Below are positions 31,954 to 38,192 of a DNA stretch of 38,192 nucleotides, piece after piece. This stretch comes from an uncultured Nitrospinota bacterium (lineage in GTDB: Bacteria; UBA8248). The stretch's first letter is position 1; every line of letters starts with the position of its first letter. A model generated the notes under the pieces. That model searched no databases. It was not told where the DNA came from and saw nothing but the letters and a program-made list of their open reading frames with translations. The DNA is taken from contig CAMYJL010000002.1 in the NCBI GenBank assembly GCA_947258645.1, positions 1 through 38,192 on the forward strand. Direction: 5' to 3'. The translations under genes and the position numbers were made by a program.

Positions 31954-33006
31954 CTAACGCGAACCCAAAAGCTCCGCCGCCGGGACCGGCATCTGACCGA
32001 GCCCCGCGGCCTCGCGAACCAGTTTCATCGTCTCCTGCGCCTCGGCCCGCGCGCGCGCGCCGCCCTCGGCCAGGACGGACATCACAAAGCCCGTGTCTTT
32101 TTCCAGCCGCTTTCGCTCCTCGCGGTAGGGACCGAAGGTTTCATCGATTTTCTCGAGGAGCATCTTCTTCGCGTTCCCGTAGCCGAAGTTCCCAGCCCGG
32201 TACATTCCGGCGAGCTCATCCTGTTCTTCTTTCGAGGAAACAAGCTGAAAGAGCGCAAAGACGTTGCACGTATCCGGATCCTTGGGGTCCTCGAGCGGCG
32301 TCGAGTCGGTCACGATGGACATCACCCGCTTCCGGAGGGCCTTTCCCTCCTGGAATATCTCGATGGTGTTGTCGTAGCTCTTGCTCATCTTCTGGCCGTC
32401 GAGGCCGGGCACCTTGGCGCCGACGTCGAGTCGGTGTTTCGGAACGGGAAACACTTCGCTCTTGTAGGTCCGGTTGAAGGACTGGGCCATGTCGCGCGTC
32501 ATCTCGATGTGCTGAACCTGGTCCTCGCCGACGGGCACGACGTGGGAGCGGTAGATGAGAATGTCCGCCGCCATGAGCACAGGATAATAATAGAGCCCCA
32601 CCGACGGGGCGATGCCCCGCTGGACCTTGTCCTTATAAGAGGTGGCCCGGTCGAGCAGGCCCTTCGCCGTCACGGCGGAGAGCACCCAGGCCAGTTCCGC
32701 CACCTCGGGCACGTCCGACTGGCGGAAGAAAACCGCTTTCTTGAGATCGAGGCCGAGCGCGAGATAGTCCAGCGCCACGTCGAGCGTCTGCTGCTCGAGG
32801 AGTCCCCGGTCCTGGACGGTGGTCATCGCGTGATAATTGGCGATGAAATAAAAGGCCTCGCCCTCGTCCTGGAGGGCGATGTGCTGCCGGAGGGCTCCGA
32901 AATAGTTCCCCAGATGGAGCTTGCCCGAGGGCTGCACCCCGGAGAGAAATCTCACCTTTTTAGCCTCTTTCTTTTCCTGAGCCGCCATTTTTTCTTTTTT
33001 GTCCAC
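31954..33006 (-). CDS. trpS: Tryptophan--tRNA ligase
   Basis: SGVQPSG.LHLGNY, QS.V..V.EL, YPVLMAADIL, VPVGEDQ.QH, KMSKS. Start may be the ATG at 32988. Confidence 0.97.
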   Translation of the reverse strand: MDKKEKMAAQEKKEAKKVRFLSGVQPSGKLHLGNYFGALRQHIALQDEGEAFYFIANYHAMTTVQDRGLLEQQTLDVALDYLALGLDLKKAVFFRQSDVPEVAELAWVLSAVTAKGLLDRATSYKDKVQRGIAPSVGLYYYPVLMAADILIYRSHVVPVGEDQVQHIEMTRDMAQSFNRTYKSEVFPVPKHRLDVGAKVPGLDGQKMSKSYDNTIEIFQEGKALRKRVMSIVTDSTPLEDPKDPDTCNVFALFQLVSSKEEQDELAGMYRAGNFGYGNAKKMLLEKIDETFGPYREERKRLEKDTGFVMSVLAEGGARARAEAQETMKLVREAAGLGQMPVPAAELLGSR

Positions 33007-33042
33007 TTTTCTCTGTTTTTCGGCCCGTCCCGCCCGAGGGGG

Positions 33043-33711
33043 CTAAAACCCCAGCATCCGCAGCAGATTCCCGGCCATTATTATCTCAACCGTGATCAGA
33101 ATGTCGAATATCGGCCTCATGATCCAGTGCAATGCGCCAATCATGAGCAGCCCCAGCGCGATGAAAAACCCGTAGGGCTCGCTCTGGGCGTAATGCCAGG
33201 CCAAGCGCGAGGGCAGGACGCCCATCAGGATCCGCCCGCCGTCGAAGGGCAAGATGGGGATCAGGTTGAACGCCGCCAGGGCCGTGTTCACGATGAAGCT
33301 GGCCCGGATCATCAGGGCCGCCGGCTCACCGATGAATCCCCGGTGCAGGCCGAATTCCCTCATGGCATTCAGGACCACGATGCTCACGATGGCCAGGAGA
33401 AAGTTCGTCGCCGGGCCCGCCAACGCCACCCACCTCATCCCCCGGCGGGGGTTCCGGAAATGACGCGGATCCACCGGGACGGGCTTCGCCCAGCCGAAGC
33501 CGATCCCGGCCGCCATCGAGATGGCGAAGGCAAGCGTCCCCATCGGGTCCAGGTGGACGATGGGGTTCAGACTCAGCCGGCCCATGAGCCGCGCCGTCGG
33601 GTCGCCCAGCTTTTCGGCCACCCAGCCGTGCGCCACCTCGTGAAAGGTCAGGGCCAGGAGGATCGCCGGAAGCGCGATGACCAGCTGCTGGATGTAGTCG
33701 GATGAGAACAA
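33043..33711 (-). CDS. Site-2 protease (M50) family intramembrane zinc metalloprotease
   Basis: HEVAH, GDPT....GRL.LNP, GWAKPVP, AGP..N, NLIPILPFDG. Probable TTG start at 33711; the ORF-track extension crosses a promoter and a terminator. Confidence 0.9.
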   Translation of the reverse strand: MFSSDYIQQLVIALPAILLALTFHEVAHGWVAEKLGDPTARLMGRLSLNPIVHLDPMGTLAFAISMAAGIGFGWAKPVPVDPRHFRNPRRGMRWVALAGPATNFLLAIVSIVVLNAMREFGLHRGFIGEPAALMIRASFIVNTALAAFNLIPILPFDGGRILMGVLPSRLAWHYAQSEPYGFFIALGLLMIGALHWIMRPIFDILITVEIIMAGNLLRMLGF

Positions 33712-33790
33712 AGCGGCCCTTTTCGGGTGGAATCGCGGCAAAAACCCGGGCAGTTCCCCGCCCTTCGGCGGAGCCCCGCAAACGGCAGAG

Positions 33791-33819
33791 ATTCTAAGGA
33801 TTTGCGGGCGGGGGCGCAA
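33791..33819 (-). promoter_or_regulatory. Sigma70-type promoter for the S2P-trpS-ileS-lspA run
   Basis: TTGCGC-17 nt-TAGAAT. Confidence 0.5.
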
Positions 33820-33906
33820 ATGGAGGGGGGATGACCGGAAGGGGGCCGAAAACGCAGTGAAATCAAACGCAAAACAGCCCTGATGAGATCGCCCTGTCAG
33901 ACGCGC

Positions 33907-33945
33907 AAAAAAAGCCCGGAGACCTTCGCGGCCCCCGGGCTTTTT
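33907..33945 (-). terminator. Intrinsic terminator after the nitroreductase (possibly bidirectional)
   Basis: Minus strand AAAAA-GCCCGGGGGCC-GCGAA-GGTCTCCGGGC-TTTTTTT. Confidence 0.85.
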
Positions 33946-33963
33946 CTCTGACTTCAACTTCTT

Positions 33964-34533
33964 CTAGGGCTTGCCCGCCTTTCCGAAGTCGTCCCAGAAG
34001 ACGATCTCTTCGAGGGGCTTTCGGACGTTGGGCCGGCTCGCCTTTTTCTGCATCTCCTCGGAGAGGTCCTCGAACTTTCCCGGCTCGCCGACGGCGAAGA
34101 GCGCCGCCACGCGGAAGGGCGCGGGCACGTTGAAGTTCTTGAGGATCTTCTCCTCGTCCCAGCCCGCCATGGCGTGCACGGTCAGGCCGAGGTCACAGCC
34201 CTGGATGAGCATGTTCTCGAGGGCGAGGCCCACGTCGAGCAGCCAGCGGTCCTGATCGAAGCGCGGGGGCTGCTCCTCGGGGTTGCCCATGATGATCATC
34301 TTGACGGGCGCCTCGGTGGCCCACTTCTTGTTGTTGTCGCTCAGGCCTTCGTCGAATTTCTTGTGCGCCTCGGGCGTGCGCACGACGATGATCCGCCAGG
34401 GCTGCTTGTTCGCGGAAGAGGGCCCCCACCGGAAAGCCTCCAGCATGGTTTCCAGCTTTTCAGGCGCGAGCGGCTCTTTACTGAAGGAAAGACCGCTTGT
34501 TCTGTTTTTCAGTACGGGATGTATCTCGGCCAC
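33964..34533 (-). CDS. Nitroreductase family protein
   Basis: R.S..F...P, PSSANKQPWR.IVV, D.G.A..N....G..LGL, RKPLEE. GGAGG SD. Confidence 0.92.
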   Translation of the reverse strand: MAEIHPVLKNRTSGLSFSKEPLAPEKLETMLEAFRWGPSSANKQPWRIIVVRTPEAHKKFDEGLSDNNKKWATEAPVKMIIMGNPEEQPPRFDQDRWLLDVGLALENMLIQGCDLGLTVHAMAGWDEEKILKNFNVPAPFRVAALFAVGEPGKFEDLSEEMQKKASRPNVRKPLEEIVFWDDFGKAGKP

Positions 34534-34659
34534 GCTTGTTCCTCCTGTTTCCTTTTTACCTGATGAATCAGGACGCTATGCTCTTGAACGTATCAGCACT
34601 CTCGTGCGGGGCGGCATCATACACAATTTCCAAAAATGCGCCAGATTCCGCGCCGCCGA

Positions 34660-35961
34660 TCAAAGCTCGATGAGGTCCATCGCGTCCGGCGTCAGCACGC
34701 GTGGGCCGTTCTCTTCGACGATGACCTGCGGGCCGAATTCCATGAAAATCCGGTCCTCATGGGCTGCCTTCACCTCGATGGCGAGGGACATTCCCGCCTC
34801 GACCGTGAGCTCTTTCATGAATTGATACCGATCTCCCGCGAGATCGCGCCACTCCTCGTTTTCTTCCAGCGAGCCCTCTACCGGTCGCTCCCGCCAAGGC
34901 ATCTTCCTCGGGATGTTCCCGGCCACAATCGTCGTCGCGGGCGGCTCGATGCCGTCCACTCCCGTTCCGTGCACCTGGGGAATCTCGTGATAGTAGCCCC
35001 GGCTCAGGATGGGCGTGTCGATCAGGCGGTCCACCTCGGCCCACGAGGCGCCGGGCCTGAGCACCTCGAGCGCTATCTGCGTCGCCTCATGGACGGCCTC
35101 GCGCAGGGGCCTGTACTCCTCATCCAGCCGGCCCAGCGAGACCGCGATGTGCGGGTGGCTCCAGTAACCCCCGTAGCGGGCGTAGTGGCCGATGTGCAGC
35201 ACATCCCCCGAGCGGAGGATCCGATCGGTCGGCCGGTGGTTCACCGGGAAACCCTTCCCCGCGTTGAGGATAGTCCAGTGGTCCCGCCCGAGTTCGCTTC
35301 CCGCCCGGAGCCCCGCGCAGGTCATCTCCACGCACAGATCGTCCTCGCGCACCCCGGGCCGCGCGTGGCGCAGGACAGCGTCGATCTCCACGTTGACCAT
35401 CTCGGAGGCCTTCTCGAGCATGGCGATCTCCTCCGGGCTCTTGATCATCCGGAGCCGGGTGAGGATGTCCGAAGCGTCGCAGAAGGTGGCGTCCGGCAGG
35501 AGGCGCTGAAGATTGCGGAAAGTCATGTAGGGAATCGCGCCCTCGGCGGCGTAGCCCCCGCCGATCAGGCCGACGACGCCGATCCGGCCCTTCTGATATC
35601 CCAGGTCCGAGATCGCCTCGGCCGCGACGACGCTGACCTTCCCCTCGTGGCCCCGGTAGCGCACCCCCTCCCAGCAGCACTCGGTGTACCACTTCCCCCA
35701 GTTCTGGAGGAGCCAGTAGGTCATGGGGCTTCCATTGCGGGGAAAGACCAGGCTCCGCTCGCCGTAGTCGCCGTTGTCGAGCCAGCGGACGTTCCCGTTC
35801 GCGTTGTAGCCCCGCCCGGCGACCACGAGGCAGTCGATTCCCCGCTCGTCCATCGCCTCGCGCGTGGCCGCCCACCGGCGGTCGCGCTCCGCCAGCGAAA
35901 ACGACGCGCTCGGGACACCCACGCGGCCCTCGCGCGGAATGAACCTCGGATCGGTGACCAT
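34660..35961 (-). CDS. M24 (Xaa-Pro peptidase/creatinase) fold protein with non-canonical active site
   Basis: Creatinase-N-like ERDRRW....AM...GID.LVV..NVRWL; R.IKSPEEI; RPGVRE; HG.G; GM.LAIE. Confidence 0.85.
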   Translation of the reverse strand: MVTDPRFIPREGRVGVPSASFSLAERDRRWAATREAMDERGIDCLVVAGRGYNANGNVRWLDNGDYGERSLVFPRNGSPMTYWLLQNWGKWYTECCWEGVRYRGHEGKVSVVAAEAISDLGYQKGRIGVVGLIGGGYAAEGAIPYMTFRNLQRLLPDATFCDASDILTRLRMIKSPEEIAMLEKASEMVNVEIDAVLRHARPGVREDDLCVEMTCAGLRAGSELGRDHWTILNAGKGFPVNHRPTDRILRSGDVLHIGHYARYGGYWSHPHIAVSLGRLDEEYRPLREAVHEATQIALEVLRPGASWAEVDRLIDTPILSRGYYHEIPQVHGTGVDGIEPPATTIVAGNIPRKMPWRERPVEGSLEENEEWRDLAGDRYQFMKELTVEAGMSLAIEVKAAHEDRIFMEFGPQVIVEENGPRVLTPDAMDLIEL

Positions 35962-35975
35962 GTTCGCTTTCCTTC

Positions 35976-36359
35976 CTAACCCGCCACGCCCTCTTCCTCG
36001 CGCGGCTCGACGAGCTCCAGACGGGTGTCGCCCGCCAGCATGCCCACCCGGTAGATGGAATGCGCCAGAACCTGGGGGGAGCGGATAAGCCGCACCCGCT
36101 TAAAGCGCTCTAAGAGAAGTCGCACGGCATCCACCATCTGTGCGGTGGCGCTGCCGTCGAGTAGTTCGGTTTCTTCCAGGAAAAGCGCGGCCGTGCGACC
36201 GCCACCCGGCTCGGCCTTCAGCGCAGCGAGCACCCGGGCTGTACTGACGGCATTCAGATCCCCCCGAATGATGAACCAGGCCTCCTCATCGGCGTCAGTC
36301 CGCATCAACTCGAACGCGTCCTCTGAGATCAGCGCCCTGAGGTGCTCCCCTTCCGGCAT
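35976..36359 (-). CDS. STAS-domain-like small protein
   Basis: 127 aa. IRGDLN, L.L..TELLDGSA (compare LDL..V.F.DSSG), VRLI..P..L....R.G match the anti-sigma-antagonist pattern by eye. Confidence 0.6.
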   Translation of the reverse strand: MPEGEHLRALISEDAFELMRTDADEEAWFIIRGDLNAVSTARVLAALKAEPGGGRTAALFLEETELLDGSATAQMVDAVRLLLERFKRVRLIRSPQVLAHSIYRVGMLAGDTRLELVEPREEEGVAG

Positions 36360-36371
36360 GAGATGGCCGGC

Positions 36372-37448
36372 CTAGCTGAGGGGAAGCTCGACGGGCTGGT
36401 TCGTGGCCGCGCTCTTCTCGATGGCGAGCGTCACCTCGAGCGTGGTCCGTGCCTCGTCGGGCTTGGTGTTCGGAATGGCGCGGCCGGTGGCGGCGTGCTC
36501 GAGGAACAGGCGCGTCTCGTCGCGCATGGGGCCCCAGAACTCCCCGAGGGACCAGTCGCCCGCCATCATCGATTCGAGAAAAACCACGTCCGAGGAAGCG
36601 TCCGGCGCGTAGGGAGAGGGCATGCCCTTGTTGGTTGCGAGGATGACGCCCTTGTGGGAGTCGTCGATGGTGATGGCCCCCTCCGAGCCCATGATGTCCA
36701 TCCCCATCGTGGTGATGTGCGCGGGCCAGTTGTCCGGGAAAATCCACGAACACCCGAAATTGATGTTGCTTCCGTCATCCAGCGTCACGATCGCCCAGGC
36801 CCAGTCGCCCACGTTGTTGGGATGCGGAAAAATCTTGCTCCCCCCCTGCGCGTACACCTTGACGGGCTTTCGCCCCTCGAAATACCAGAGCCCGATATCG
36901 ACGACGTAGGTCAGCGTATCGGTCACCGGGCTGGCGTGGGGCGAGCGCTTGTAGATTTCCGCGCCGTTGCTCTTCGGGTTGTAGAGCACCATCCGCGAGG
37001 TGAGCAGCTTCCCCAGCCGGCCCTGGCTGATCTGCTCCTTCGCATTGAGATAACGGCGCCGGAGACGCTGGGTGTAGCCGACATGGAGGTCGCCGTCATG
37101 CTTCCGCACGGCCTCGATGATCTGGTCCGCGCGCTCCAGGGAAAGCTCGATCGGTTTTTCGACCAGCACCGTCTTGCCCAGCTCGAGCGCCCGGCAGACC
37201 GGGTCAGCGTGCGCGTGCTCGGGCGTCGAGACGATCACCGCCTCGACATCGGGATGGGTCAGGACAGCTTCGTTGTCCATGGAATGAAAATCGGCCTTCA
37301 CCTCCTCCGCGACCAGTTTCACCCGATCCCCGTCGGGGTCGGACAGCGCCAGAAAACCCGCCCGCTGATCCCCGGCCACGAGATTCGCGCGCAGGCGGCC
37401 CATGCGCCCACTGCCGATGATGCCAACACCCACTTTCCTGAGAGCCAT
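36372..37448 (-). CDS. Gfo/Idh/MocA family oxidoreductase
   Basis: GIIGSGRMG, VSTPEH.H, VLVEKP, GYTQR. Confidence 0.93.
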   Translation of the reverse strand: MALRKVGVGIIGSGRMGRLRANLVAGDQRAGFLALSDPDGDRVKLVAEEVKADFHSMDNEAVLTHPDVEAVIVSTPEHAHADPVCRALELGKTVLVEKPIELSLERADQIIEAVRKHDGDLHVGYTQRLRRRYLNAKEQISQGRLGKLLTSRMVLYNPKSNGAEIYKRSPHASPVTDTLTYVVDIGLWYFEGRKPVKVYAQGGSKIFPHPNNVGDWAWAIVTLDDGSNINFGCSWIFPDNWPAHITTMGMDIMGSEGAITIDDSHKGVILATNKGMPSPYAPDASSDVVFLESMMAGDWSLGEFWGPMRDETRLFLEHAATGRAIPNTKPDEARTTLEVTLAIEKSAATNQPVELPLS

Positions 37449-37451
37449 TCG

Positions 37452-38192
37452 TTATCCTTTCAGCGGAAGATCCACGAGGCCGCCGCCCTCCCGGGCGCTC
37501 CTCTCCATCGCCAGCGTGAGTTCCAGGACATCCCGCCCGGCTTCGGCGCCGCAAAGCGGAACATCGCGGCCGTCCCGCACCCGCTCGACGAAAAGGCGGG
37601 TCTCGTCCCGCATGGGGCCGTAAAAATCCCCCTGCGCCCAGTCGCCCGGCATGGTCGAGCCGAGGAAAGCGACTTCAGCGCCCGGGACGGGCGACGGCGT
37701 CCCCCGGTTCGAAACCATCATCACATCCCTGTGCCCGTCGTCCACCACGACGGACCCCTCGCTCCCGAATATCTCCATCCCTATCGAGCAGATGTAGGCC
37801 GGCCAGCGCTCGGGCAAAATCCAGGAACACCCCATATTCGCCGCCGCACCGTCCTCGAACGTCACGATGGCCCAGCCGTAATCGCCGATACCATCCGGCT
37901 GATCCGGAAAAATCTCGCCCCCGCCCTGCGCGTAAACGCGTACGGCCCTGCGGGGAGCGAAAAACCACAGCGCCATGTCCGCCATATAGGTGAGCGAGTT
38001 AGTGAAAGGGCTCACCATCTCCGAACGGGCGTACATCTGCCGGGCGTCGGCCCGGGAGTGATAGATCGAAAGCCGGGCGGCCATCACCTCGCCCAGGCGG
38101 CCGGCCTCGATCTGCTCCTTGATCGAAACATACCGGCGACGGAGGCGCTGGGTGTAGCCGATGAAAAGATCGGCCCCCGATTCCGCCCGAGC
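37452..38192 (-). CDS. Gfo/Idh/MocA family oxidoreductase, 5'-partial paralogue
   Basis: Frame open to the window edge (GADLFIGYTQRLRRRY...). Shares VYAQGG, WAIVT, CSWI.P..WP and GPMRDETRLF with the neighbouring gene. Confidence 0.9.
   Translation of the reverse strand, partial: ARAESGADLFIGYTQRLRRRYVSIKEQIEAGRLGEVMAARLSIYHSRADARQMYARSEMVSPFTNSLTYMADMALWFFAPRRAVRVYAQGGGEIFPDQPDGIGDYGWAIVTFEDGAAANMGCSWILPERWPAYICSIGMEIFGSEGSVVVDDGHRDVMMVSNRGTPSPVPGAEVAFLGSTMPGDWAQGDFYGPMRDETRLFVERVRDGRDVPLCGAEAGRDVLELTLAMERSAREGGGLVDLPLKG

Noticed and set aside
33043-33711. T-box or attenuator ahead of trpS/ileS
   Set aside because: The spacers before trpS (about 36 nt) and ileS (15 nt) are too short, and no T-box motif was seen.
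33880-33913. Hammerhead ribozyme core (CTGATGAG)
   Set aside because: No stem II followed by GAAA; the sequence runs into an ordinary terminator.

Overview
GC-rich bacterial chromosome segment, almost all coded on the minus strand. The centre (about 6.3-33.7 kb) is housekeeping. In transcription order it reads: site-2 protease, trpS, ileS, lspA, unknown membrane protein, rluD; thiolase, 3-hydroxyacyl-CoA dehydrogenase, acyl-CoA dehydrogenase; gcvT, gcvH, gcvP, LipM-like transferase; tRNA-Gly(CCC); PHP protein, two DUF507-like genes, coaE; rho; rpmE, prfA, prmC, murA, hisG, hisD, hisB, hisH. This order resembles Deltaproteobacteria/Nitrospirota/Nitrospinota-like genomes (inference only). Both ends are accessory metabolism. 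Left: a scrambled beta-hydroxyacid dehydrogenase pseudogene with internal duplications, a 46-aa membrane peptide, an MmgE/PrpD protein, an OFA-type MFS transporter and an SDR. Right: a tight operon of two Gfo/Idh/MocA paralogues, a STAS-like protein and an M24-fold enzyme lacking its usual metal ligands, then a nitroreductase. I see no mobile element, CRISPR array, rRNA or defence system. Best novelty candidates: an orphan promoter-to-terminator unit with no sizeable ORF (about 5767-6169), the right-end operon, an L31 with a roughly 100-aa charged tail, and the rearranged left 1.3 kb. All calls come from manual motif reading; no searches were run.
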